Positions 47,662 to 59,900 of a stretch of 64,000 bases of DNA are shown here, one piece after another. Below the pieces are notes generated by a model. It searched no databases. It was not told the origin of the DNA and worked only from the letters and a program-made list of their open reading frames with translations. Numbering within the stretch: position 1 is the stretch's first letter; each line of letters starts with the position of its first letter. Position numbers and translations under genes: made by a program. Source of the DNA: Takakia lepidozioides (taxonomy: Eukaryota > Plantae > Bryophyta); assembly GCA_030704615.1 (NCBI GenBank), contig CM060731.1:16182001-16246000 (forward strand). The letters run 5' to 3'.

Positions 47662-48976
47662 ATGGAGGGGGATGGACAGGCAGCAGCCCAAGCCCACAAG
47701 ACAGTGCAAGAGCTAGCCGGAGAGGGACAGGAGCAATTGGAAACAGTGGTGGAGGTTGCACACCAGATTCTTCTGTCTCTGAACCAGGCGCTGTGCAGCC
47801 CCTCTTTCTGGGTAGCCCCCTCGTCCCAGCCACAGCCAGCTGCCTCGGTTTCGTCGGCGATGGATTCCAGCGTGGGAGGGAACGGTTTGGGAATAGATGC
47901 CACTGCAGGAAGCAGAGAGGGAGAAGCTGGGTTGGCTGCTTTGGATGCTACGCGCGTGCGGTACAAGACCGCCACTGCGGCTCTCAGGACCACGGTAGCT
48001 GCCATCGTCATGTCTCCAGAGGTTTGTTTTGTCTCTTTGAATGTATTATATCATTCTGCACGAAATCTTTAACTGGGCTGGCTCACCCACTAACCAGATT
48101 TGACCTAATTCGGACCACCCATATAGCTAACCACCCATCAACACCAAATATTCACGGGAGAAAAATGAAAATTGGTTAGACAATTCAACTGGTAGTAATG
48201 GAATCAGAGACGGCCTGCTTTGCATATCGTGAACCGATTGTCATTAGCACTTTCGTGGTCCATAACCCATCTATGCCCAAAAAGTCTATCAGCCAGCTGT
48301 GTTCCTTTTTCCGCTGTACTCTCTTTCCACACATTTCATTTTTCTTTCTGTCTCTGGTTTTCTGGCTGTAGCTCCCATTTTGTTACGGAGCTCAGCAAAG
48401 TGAAGCTGAGTCTGGAGATTGGCTGGGAGTTAATTTTGGTAGTCTCTTGTTCATGTGGTCACCTACTTGAGAGAAGCCTATGTACTCCTTGTCCATCGAC
48501 ACGAGCAACTTTTTGGCTGTGTTTCTCTGTTTGTAAGCCTACTCATGGCGAAATGGCACTGATACAGATGTGGCAACAAGATGGGGATGCCACCAACTCT
48601 GCTACAGAGAAGATGGATGTGGATTTTGATCAGTTAGAACAACGAGCATCTGCTCTGAAAGAGGTTTGTATCCTTACTTCGTTATACACATACTGAAGTG
48701 TTGGGCAAGCTATTTGTGTAATTACCCTTGTGTCTATTAGTGTGTGCGTGAAATTTTCTTCTCTCGATTCTTTTTTCTGGGGTAGCCAGGGCCTGCAAAT
48801 AGAAAAGTTTGAAGCATCAGAACCAGGCGTACAGCTTAACACCAAGTACGTGCACTATTGTACTTTGTTTGGGGTGACAGGAGGTGATCAAGAAGAACCA
48901 GATCCTAAAGGTTCATATAGACCAGTTGCGTGACCTTATTTCCGACATTTCCATGTGGCAAGCTGCTAATGTTTAG
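47662..48976 (+). CDS. MED30: Mediator subunit 30; exons 47662-48021, 48568-48663, 48881-48976
   Basis: KTVQELAGEGQEQLE...AHQILLSLNQALCSPSFW...ALDATRVRYK...[37 protein letters not shown] matches the plant MED30 pattern. Confidence 0.9.
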
Positions 48977-49641
48977 TGTAAGTTAGAGAGTTGCTGTATA
49001 AGTAGGGGAGAAGGTAACTGATTCATCAAGATCTTAAATGCTTAGCTTTGCCTGCTTGGAATTCTTATGTTCTCTAATCACTTTGACAGAGTTGACAAAT
49101 GCAGCTTCTGTTCAGAATGCATGCCACACAACCCTCTAGAACAGGCTTTTAGCTTGAGGCAAACTGAATCTTTAGGGGGATGGAGTTGGCTGTTAACCAT
49201 GGCATTTTTCCTGTGATCGATCGATGGGCCATATGTTCTAAGCATCGTGTAGGGATTTAGAGAAATCTATCTGATGTTTTCAAATGAACAGTCAGGACGG
49301 TTCAAATCATCAGAAAGTCCTTATTGGGAGGTCATTAGTAATTACAGAGGAAGAAGTCTGGACTATGTTTCCTTTTGTATGAAGGCAGCCATTGCTATGC
49401 TATTAAATCTGCAACTGGCATGAAATGGTGACTGCCAATGTTGAACTCCTGTGGCAGCATCCACATTTTTTCTCGAAACAAGGAAATGAAGTTTATTGTG
49501 CACATCCTATCACTTATGCCAGTAAAGTCACATAAGCAAAGGCAAAACTGGAGTAAAGAATTATTCCAAAGGTGTCTGCAACAGCACACTCTATAAAATA
49601 CGTCGACTTTAATGTGTTGATGTTTTGGGTTTTGTGTGGGT

Positions 49642-52600
49642 TCAACATGTGGGTTCTATCCCAAGTTTTTGAACTTTACTTCTCAAGTCGAACGTCACTC
49701 TACTGCTGGCAATGCTCTTGCCATGCATCATCCATAAAACCAATAGGGGCATCAGTGCCATGGATGCAATGATGAAAGCAACCCACAGCACTGTGAGAGC
49801 AGCCTTCAGGGGCTCACACTGGTGCCCAAGAATATCTTCAAATGTCATCTTAACGAAATTGCAAGTGATAATTCGGAATATGGTGGGCAGAATGAGAAAG
49901 ACATCCTTGGTTGCATTCATGGCCTGGGTTGCCTCTAAGAAAGCAAAGTTGGGAATAGGTGTGTTACTAGCTAAGCAGGATGATATGTCGTCAATGCTGC
50001 AGTGATATTGCCCGTAGTCCTGCACAAACAGAGGAATTTTAGGAGTGGGTTGAATCATGGGTTGACTTCATTCATTCTTTTACGATCATCTAAGGGGATG
50101 GATTAGCCAACAGGAGCAGCCTTACAAACATCCAGTGATTATCACTGGTCAAGGTGACTTCGACAGAAAGTAGATGCACAAGTGCTCTATTAAAAGTACG
50201 GGTGTTTAGTGGCTGAAGAAAATGCGCACTCGTTGGAAGTGTGTGAAGGAGCCTTCAGCTGGGCTGCAGGTCATTGGGTTGTATTTGGGTCCAGGTCCAA
50301 ATGGGTCACAAATATGGGGAAGATGGGTTGCATGCTTAATCTCTCCTTTGGCCACCAGTTTCTCTTCCTCATTGTTGAGAAGGTCCACAGCTGCGTTGGA
50401 GTGCTTGATCACAATTTTTATTGCCTTTTTAGCTCCACCTAGAAATACAGCAGCGGCTGCTGGAGTTAGGCATGGGAGAAGCCTTGCTATACTGGAGTTG
50501 TGTGGGTTCTGATCATACACTTGCATAGCTTGGCAGCCATCGGTAGCAACACTGGACCATACAGTCAGACAACACCACATTCTTGTAAATAACACACATG
50601 GTGAGAAGGAGAGAAGGTCATATACTTGATGCACTTCTGACAGTGTAATCTTTAATTAGCTTTCATGACTTACTGTTTAAGGGGACGAGGACTCAGTCTG
50701 GGTGCACACTTATCCTTCCTGTTGGCTTGGTGTTGGTATTCATGAGGTTTTGACACTTTTTTCCAGCATCAGGATTCTTCCAAGGGATTTGGGACCACCA
50801 TCCCCTGATGGAGGCACAGAAGGCCAAGAGTGCCCACTCCTGGAATGGAGTGACCACTGAACTGGATACAAACTCTTCATTTGTGGTCTTGGAGACTTGG
50901 GACCTCTTGTCATATAGAGGACATTGTGACGCATTAAACTACGGTGGAGGATTCAACATATAGTCAGAAAGAGGGCAGAAAAGAGAGTCAGTCGAAAGAA
51001 GAGAGGAGAGGTGGGTAACGGAGTCACTGCAAATACAGACCTGGCGAGAACAAAGCTAAGCCCTGAAACCATCCATGATGCAACCAGCACAAAAATTGCC
51101 AGTGAGAACATCCTGCAAACCAGTGGTCGCCCTCTCTCTCAGACAGCCTGATACTGGATGGAGCCAACATTACTTTAGAAACCTCCTTGACCTGTTAAGG
51201 GTATGTTTCCTGTGGAGGGCTGTGAACTGTGGCATTTAAAACTTGGTTATTTTGAGGAGGCTTGCAAACCCCTAGGTCCAGAATTTTACATAGCATTGGC
51301 CATGGGCCTTTGTGGATCATGACGGACAACCTCCAACATTGGAGTCGATCTCTTTTGAACCTAAACCAGGTCAATGTTCCCAGAGTGCTGGAACAGTTGG
51401 TGATGTGACTAGGTGTTACTTGTAGAGCTATTGGAGTAATAACAATAGCAGATTTCTTTTTCTTTCTGTACAAAGAAGGTACAGAAGACATACATGATGA
51501 TAGCAACATGCCAGCCTTTCAGCATACAGACTGCACCCCCAAATCCCGAAAGCAGCCCATACTTGCCCTCAGTACATGCATGCCTGTGCCATCTCCTATG
51601 TATTGAGCCAGTGTCCTTGGTTGCTGACATTGATCACTTCATACTTGTTTGCATACAAGTTGATTCAAACTTAGGAAGGTGGGAATATTAGAGCACTAGA
51701 TGGAAATAATCAAGCATCTGTTATGTGCACTTTGTGACATGTTTTTGCAGCAATCTCTATGCAATATTCCACAAATTTTTCCAGTTGGAACCATGTGGAT
51801 GGCTTACTAGAAAGCTGCATTGTTGTCAACTTAGTCAAAGTTGTCAGCCCTATAGCAGCCCAGCTTGATCACTGTATATATTATTATTCTGCAGGTTATA
51901 GATCTGTTTTTCTTTTCCCTCTTTTTCCCTCCTTTTCTCTCCCTCTCTGTCCTTGATGGGAGGAAGCAAGACGTACATATGCCACCAACGACCATGACAA
52001 CCATGAGGGTCGCTATTACTGCCACTGCCACCTTCCTGCAGTGTTCACCATGCTCTTATTGACAAAATGTCTCTCAGTTTCCATGTTGTGTAGGCCTTTT
52101 GATGTATCTTCAATTGTCATGTGATTCCCCTAATAGTAAAATTTCACGATCCACACAACAAAACCTCTCTGATAGGAAATACCTCTATGTAGGTTTCTGC
52201 TGGTACAAATAACAGGTCGACCAGATTTGAGGTATGCTGAAATTGAGAGAGCCAGTCTATAGCTGCTTACACAGAGTAGAATAGTTTGTAGACTCGTGCT
52301 TTGTTGACCTTCACTCTCCCAGTAAGATCCTTGAATGTAGATGCCAGATTGTCACATGCAGCCAGGAACTTTTGGGCTATTTCTTGGTTTGCGATGGGTC
52401 CGATATTGGCAATGGGGATGAGGCTTACAGCATCATCCACTTGCCCCTGCACCAATCAGTGGGGTTTACGAGCTTGTTCTACATATGAAAGCTGTCAGTA
52501 TTTCACTGTATTAGACTCGTGGATTACTCAATTGTTTTTGCTAATGGGAGAGGGGATGGAGGCCCTTGAATTTCCTTGGAGGAAAACACAACCTTGCTCA

Positions 52601-55334
52601 AAGCCAGGATGTAATAAATTAGAACTGAAAAAAAGAGAAATGCAAGAAACCATGGTAGGGCCAGATGGCAAAGGAACACGAGAGACTGTGAATGTACTCA
52701 TAAGACTTCCTTGCTGTAGCCTTGTGGACGTAGACCCCGTGCCCAGTTTGTGCAGAACTCATAGGACGTTGTTTGCCGTAGCCTTGTGGCCATACCCCGC
52801 GCCCAGTTTGAGCGGAACACAAAGGACAGAACCTACCTTTATCAGGGGCTGACACCGGTAGTAAGACTTACCTTGGAATAAACAGTTGTTCCGGGTTTTC
52901 CAGATATCCTCTAGAAATCCCTTTACACAAGCATCAACCTGCTGTGTATGATTTGTCCAATAACTGAAATGAAATGAGAGAATGTACTCCTAAGATGTTG
53001 TTTGCTGTAGCCTTGTGGCCATTGAAATGAAATGAGAGAGAGAGAGAGAGAAATGGATGCACTTACAAACTTAACCTTTGCCTATAGATCCATATTCCAG
53101 TGATACAGAGACATGGGGACCTGGTAGACTTCTCTCTCTTCTACATGTGGGTATTTAGTGATATTCCATGGTATAGTCGTACATACCTTGACCTTGTCCA
53201 CAGTGCCAATGAGTGTGCCGGCAGTGGCCTGTAGTTCATGACCAAGCCTGATGTTCCCCCAAAATATGACACCAGCAGCTGCTCTGCACATTCAGCTGCA
53301 TTGTTTTAGCCTTTTTCATCCCTTCATTTTATTCCCTTTCTATGTGTCTCTCTTCAGTAGTGCCCTCTGTGAGGGATGTAGCAAGTTTGGACTAAATAAC
53401 CAACCACACCCCATCACTGTGATTAAACCTTACGTGACTGACATAGACAGGATACACATAAAGAGATGACTATTGCACAACAAGTCAAGGAAGGGTTGTC
53501 ACATACTGGACACAATCAGAAGCAGAAAAAGAAGGAAAACTAGTTTAATCAGTGAGACAACCCAAAAAAATGGAGAGGGAAGAGGCTAACAATAGGAGAA
53601 TGCTGAACTGGATGGCACAGAAAATGGGCACACTTCGTATGACTATGGAGTAGGGGATCAGTTCTTTGAAGGTAGTCTTTCTCCATGTGTAGCAGTTCCA
53701 GATTCCCGCCCATCCTCCAAAAATCAGACAGAACAATGCTGCAGCGTACCCCCAGATTCCTGTGAAGGCCACCGACTGGCCAACCATCCAGATCCCACCA
53801 CCGATGGTTTGAGTTCGATTGACATTCCATTTTCCTTGCATCTGGGATGTGTTTCAAACGTGATGTTATGAAAGAGTGGTTGAGGTTCTCTCTCAATCTC
53901 ACTCTTTGTTACATACTCAAGGCTACGGCAAACAACGTCTTATGAGTACAATCTTTGTTACATACTTCTGTCCCTTAAGCTCTTTTGGTGTGTGGCCATC
54001 ATACTGGTTAGTTCATTTGCTACTTCCAACATACAAAGAGAGGGAGAGGGAGAGAGGCGATGGCAAGCGAGGTGTGATGAGTGTCTCTCTCCCTACTTCA
54101 AAGGTAAATTTAGCATTCGGTATATAAAAGGGCTGATGCGGTGTCAAAGTGAGTTGGAGGACTGGTACCAATCTTGAAGTCCTGACAAGTGAGTATATGC
54201 CAGCCTTTGAGGGTCCAGACAAAAGTCAAGAAAGCAGATGGAGTAACGTTCAAGTACTAAAAACACGTACACTCCAGTAGTGCGTATCGGTGACATTGAA
54301 GGCTCCACTGTATCTCTTGAATCCCTTAAGAGGGTCCAGTCGAGGAATCACGCCAACAAACTTCTCAGTACTGTCTTTGAACTGTGGCACTGTGGTGGTT
54401 GGAGTCACATCTCCAGCCTATCCTCCATCAAATGACAAACTTGACTTTATTACCACAGTGGTTACTCATAGCAGGTAAGAAATCTTATATAACCTGAAGG
54501 CAGTTTTCAAATTTCTCGTGATCAATTTCTGGGAAAGTGGGCGCTGTCCTTGGTAGGCCTAAAGATGCAAGACAGGAACTTCAGAATCCTACTTCTCAGT
54601 TCTGATGACATATAAGCTCCCTCATGTACTACAGGCGGCGAGTATTGCAGCAACAGTGTGAGGAGCAGCAGAATGATCAAGAGGTGTTATTTTGAAAGCA
54701 CTTGTGGAGCCATTGCCCCATTGCGAAGTGCAAAAGACAATCTTTTATATCAGCATGATCGTAAACTTCCCCCATCCAGGAAGCCAGAGATATAAATATC
54801 ATCTCTGTGCTGGGTAGTAATGTGCAACATGCACAAGTTACACTACAAAGGTGAAATTGTTTTACTATTCGAACAACAACATAACTCAAAATCTATGTAG
54901 GTTAACTCTTGCAGTCATCCGGGAATGTGAATCACCCCAGCTACGTTCTGAGACGAAACGAAGGTGCTCTGCATTCTGTCGTCTACCAGGTTCCCTATCA
55001 TGCAGGGATGGCCTTGTAAGAAGCCACCATTCTCTTATAACCTCTTCTGGCAACTTCCAGCAGTGTGACAATCTGTGGAGCTTATTGTTTGTTTTTGTGG
55101 ATGGGTAGTTATCTTCACCTTTTGCAGCTGACGTCGAGTCTGGGAGTGGCACCTGCTGATGAACCACTGATGCTGGGTCTCGCTCAGAGTGCGCAATTCG
55201 TCCTGCCTTGCGGAGAAGAAAAGTCCGTGGGCATCCATAAACATGACCACGAGGGTCACACTCATCAACCAAAGAGGTCCTCTACTCCCTGAAGGCCTCC
55301 ATTGACCTATACCATCTCTGTGTTTACTGGTCAT
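49642..55334 (-). CDS. Plant multi-pass membrane protein (DPL..F.RY.G..N....HYW-SV.FTG family; tweety/prominin-like topology); 5' exons uncertain
   Basis: Exons encode RLDPLKGFKRYSGAFNVTDTHYWS|SVAFTGIWGY, several TM segments, DGCQAM...NPHNSSIARLLPC, ICDPF, TCNFVKMTFEDILGHQCEPL...LWVAF. Confidence 0.8.
52692..52960 (-). mobile_element. 3' fragment of the same RTE/RTEX-like family, with a duplicated ~60-bp 3' end
   Basis: Reverse complement matches 44740-44946; two tandem ...GTAGCCTTGTGG...CCCCG.GCCCAGTTTG units. Confidence 0.85.
52982..53022 (-). mobile_element. 41-bp ultra-truncated copy of the same family
   Basis: TSD TGAAATGAAATGAGAGA at 52965-52981 and 53023-53039. Confidence 0.85.
53918..53951 (+). 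mobile_element. 34-bp ultra-truncated copy of the same family
   Basis: CAAGGCTACGGCAAACAACGTCTTATGAGTACAA identical to the 3' end at 44913-44946; TSD TCTTTGTTACATACT at 53903-53917 and 53952-53966. Confidence 0.9.
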
Positions 55335-56970
55335 CTTTTCCGATGTGTCGCCAAGACCCAGAGGAATAGCTACTCATGGGACTGACAGTTGAGACGCCCC
55401 TATTTTTGTGAATTGATGTGCTTTAGACGAGTCCCATGCTGCAGCAGCCAACTTTCTTCAATTACTTCGCTCTTCTCCTTGGGATTCCAGACTGCGGTTG
55501 CCAATTGCTTACGGTTCGGATGGCTTGCCCAGTTTCACTATTTATTCTTTGGATTTTCGGTCTTCTCTATCAAGCAAATCATGGTCCCTACTAGTCATCT
55601 GGTCTGTGAAGTTAGGGGCTGAGGTTATATGTCACCGAGAGGACAAACGTTTTCCTCTGGCTAACCAGGGCCTCAGCGGAAAGCACTGGGGCAAATCATC
55701 TCTTTCTCCACGAGTTTTGAACTGGAAATTGTCTTCTGAATGTCACAGTTCCTGTTGCTTTAGAGGCATCGTTGCATATGCCCACGCAAAGTTAATATAG
55801 ATTGTTGTACAGTGACCTTCCATTCCCGGCATCCTTTATGAGTCTTCAAACTTTTCAATGTCTCATGGTGAGCAATTTAGGTGGCCAATACTGAATATTG
55901 AAACCACAGTTCACCAATGCTGTAAAACTTCAGTGATTCTTTCCTCCAATCTCATTGCCCTAGAGTACTTAGTTGTCTTTATGTACAACTTAGGGCTCCA
56001 GTAATCGCCAGAATAAGCATGCAAAAACCCAGTTGCAGTGAGTGGTCTGTTTTCCGTATGTGTGAACCCATTTTGCACATCTAAGTTACGGTGCATCCAG
56101 TAAAGATGAGGGAAGCATCTCATACTAACTACTATATTGTGCCTGAGAGAAATCTTGCAGTCCAAGAATGGCATGTAAGGTGATATGATCTGCTGTGGGT
56201 AGATCTATGCCGAGTCACCTTCACCCGCATCAAGCCCTCTCGATATATATGTTGGGAAAAGAGAGAGCAAAGGCAAAGGTTAAGACATAAAACCCCCTCA
56301 TGGCCACAAGTCTACTGCAGGCTAGATTTTATAGAGACAATACCGGATGGCACTGAGAGTTCAAAACACTAGACAGAGGAGAGATAGGCAACGACAACAA
56401 GAGAAACATCACAGTGGCTTACCAACTACCCAGGAAGAGAGAACTTCTCACATTCCACCAAAATTGCTGACAAAGAGGAAGAGAAGAGAAGAGAAGGAGT
56501 CTAGAAAACTGAGACTGAAGGGAGGGGGGGTTGAAGCAGAAAGCTGTTTACTTTTTGCCAATTTCGCACGTGTCGCATCCTGGTTCGTTTTCTCCCGCGG
56601 GATTGGTGGGGTCACCCGGCGCCTTCGCCGGTACCTATTTATCGCCGTTCACTTTAAGTTATGTCAGCCGACACGGATGCCGATAAAAAGTCAAATTGGA
56701 TGAAGATCGGCCAAAAGATGGATGAACGGAGGAAGAAGAAAGATATTGCACATGCAGTCTTTTTATACCTCCAATTTGGGAACTTATGGGAAATCGTTAT
56801 GGGATATATCCTATGGTCATGGAGCTATTAATAATTCGTGCTTCGCGTGATAATTTTAGGTTATAAGTTATAACACGACACTTGCGAGTTTATGTTGAGC
56901 TGAGCAGAGCTTCAGAGAGGGACAGGGACGGAGGGAGGGAAAGAGGGCGAGAGATCGAGAGAGAAGGGAG

Positions 56971-59900
56971 ATGAGGCAGAATGGCGTGGTGGTGGCAGGG
57001 GCGGCAGCTGCTGGTGTTCTACTGGCTGCAAAAGTTTTTGTTGGACTTCTGCACAGGCGTGGACGGGGTACCTCCTCATTCCTTGCTCCTTGTGGCATTC
57101 GCAAAATGGTTCTGTGTGGTTCGTGGAAGATAAACTGCTTAGGAGGGATTCAATTGTACTGGTAAAGGGGACTCAATGGTGCCAGTGCTGAACCGGTTTT
57201 TGGGAAAAGAGTTTGGGCACCTTTGCTGTTTGCATTTCTCCGCTTGAGTCCTGTTTATTGCTTATTAGATGTGAGGGATGCTTAAAATTGAGGTCGTTGT
57301 GAATTGCTGTCCCACATACCGCTTCACTTGGGCACATGGGAAATTTGGCGTTCTGGCACTACCAAAGATACTGGCATTGGCCAAATTTTCTTGAGCCGAG
57401 TAGAATTTTCAAGCCCTTTTGCTCAATTTTTCTGTATCAGCTCCTCGAGTGCGTGGATTCCTAGAATCCGTGCATTGACAGACTTTCAAGTTGTGTCCAG
57501 ATCTGCCTCTCTTTCATGTGCCACGTGCTCTTCCCCTGGCCAAGGGGTTGTATAAGAAATCCATTCCTTTTTCCTTTTTAAATTGTTGGCCACAGTATCA
57601 AACTTAATCACGAAGTTGGATTGGTGAAAGCTCCCTTGGTCATTCTGTGGAAACATCTGGGCCACTTTCCTTCATGCTCAAACAAGACGATGATGTTAAA
57701 CAGATTTCTCTTTTCTGCTCATCATGCAATTTTGTGAATTTCCAGATTGATAAGTGACCTGCCTTTATAATTCAGGCACATCCGACCTCTTGTTGCAGTT
57801 GTAAGTTCATTCTGTAAGTTTAGGTCGGTAGATACATGACAGGTTTTCATGTACCCCCGCGCACTTGCTGCAGGAAAGCAGCAAATTTACAACTTTAGAG
57901 ATGTCAAGGTTCTGGGCAAGTCAACCTGATGGGCTTGAATACTGACTGGAATTTATCTTCATGCTTGTGAGTGGGGTTGGCAGATGAAACAGAAGGCATT
58001 CAGATCCGCATAAATCTATCATCATCAGAGATATTGAGGCAAGCGGACAATGTGATTGCTCTCTCAAAGAAAGTCCATGATGCAGTTGCAGCAGTCCCAC
58101 TTGATGAAGTAAGGGCTGAAGCACTTTGCTGGACCAAGTAAAAGTGTTAATGTGCTTGCCTGCTACACAACCTGCAGCATGGTTGTGATCCTCTTAATTT
58201 TTGTAAGGTTGCTTCTGAGGGAAGCAGGTAGAAAGTCACAATACTTTGGCCAGCCTTTCTTCTGGAGGAAATGATCAAAGGACCTGACCGAAGTCAGAAG
58301 ACCGGTACAACAGAGACAAGTTGAATGTGTCTCTGTCTTGTTCTTTCTCATGTACTGGTCACTTTGTAACAAAGACTCAGGTTGTTGTTTTCCCGAAATA
58401 GGTGTTAGGCACTCTAGTTGTGCATGGATGCTTCAGAAATTTGTGCCTCTGGGTGCAGGTGAGCTATGAAAAGGTGATAGCTCCACTAGCCAATTTGGAG
58501 GCACAGGAGTTTGCAATTGTGCAAGGGTGTGTGTTTCCCAGCCTGGTGACTGTTTCAAAGGATGTACGGGATGCAAGTGCTGAGGCTGAGAAGAGAATTG
58601 ATGCCTACAATGTGAAGTGCAGGTCGTTACCTCTTCCGCTGTTGCCTTCAAGACTAGAACAGTAGTCACAACATGTTTGTTCGTTTGTTGGAAGAATGCT
58701 TCTTTCTCCAAGGTTTGATGTCTATTTCTCCATGGGGACTTGAAGCTTGATACACATCAAATCTGAGTTGCACTGCAGCATGCGAGAAGATGTGTATCTT
58801 GTAGTGAAGGCTTATGCTGCGAAAAAGGAGCCTTTGAGTTTTCAAGCACAGCGCTTCGTGGATCGCTTGGTATGTTCTCGTTTCAGACCATGACATCTGA
58901 ATCCTCTCCTCCCCTTTCTTCCTCGTAAAACTTGGAGATTTGTGCTTATACTTGTTTTATTGACAGATTGTCTCTTGGAACTCCTGTGTGGCAGGTCAGG
59001 GATTATGAGAGGCTAGGATTGAATCTCAGTCCTGAGACCAGGAAGAAAGTAGAGTTTCTGAAGACCACCATTGGTGAGCTATGCATTGAATTCCAACAAA
59101 ACCTGAATGAGGAGAATCGCCGCCTCTTCTTCACTGAGGAAGAGTTGGCAGGACTGCCATCCGACTTCATCCAGGTTGGTTGGATTTGTCATTATTTATC
59201 CTTAAGCACAGGTATGCATGCTCTGTTTACGACTGGGTGGTCTTCTTAGTCAGTTTGTGGCCATTGTTGTTTGTACAGTTAGGTGTCAGTATATGACTGC
59301 ATCGCAAAATTTCTTAACTGTAAGTTCTTTCAAAATGAGTGCAGAACTATAAACCTTCTGTTCCCTACACTGATGTTGTGTTCAGTCAATTACTTTCAGG
59401 ACTGTTAACTGATATCACCAGCAAATGTATGGGCTTAGCAGATCGATAGTTCATAAAAGTTTGTAGCTGATAGAGACTGTTGAGTTTTTCTCTGGGTTTG
59501 TAACTGTGCATGCAGGAGCTCAAACGCAGGAAGGATGGCAAGCTGGAAGTCACCCTGAAGTATCCCCACTACTTCCCGATAGTGGAGCGATGTAAGGTAT
59601 GCCTACTGTCCCATGGCGTGATCTGTTTCTCTCTGTTGGTTGAATACTTGATCTCTCAGTGATCTTTCAGCAGCGGAACGAGTACTACTGATCACACTAT
59701 ATACTAGGTAGTGCCCTGCAGCATGGCTGCTACGGGCTGTAACCAGCTCAACGCTCCCGCTGACTGCACCCGGTTACAACCTGTAGCGGCCATCCTGCAG
59801 GGCGCTACTAGACGGAATGCACTCACATGCACCTATGTGGCGCATTGTGAGTGGCTACGAGGAGGCCTGCAATGAAGATTATGAGAGCATAGAGTATGGG

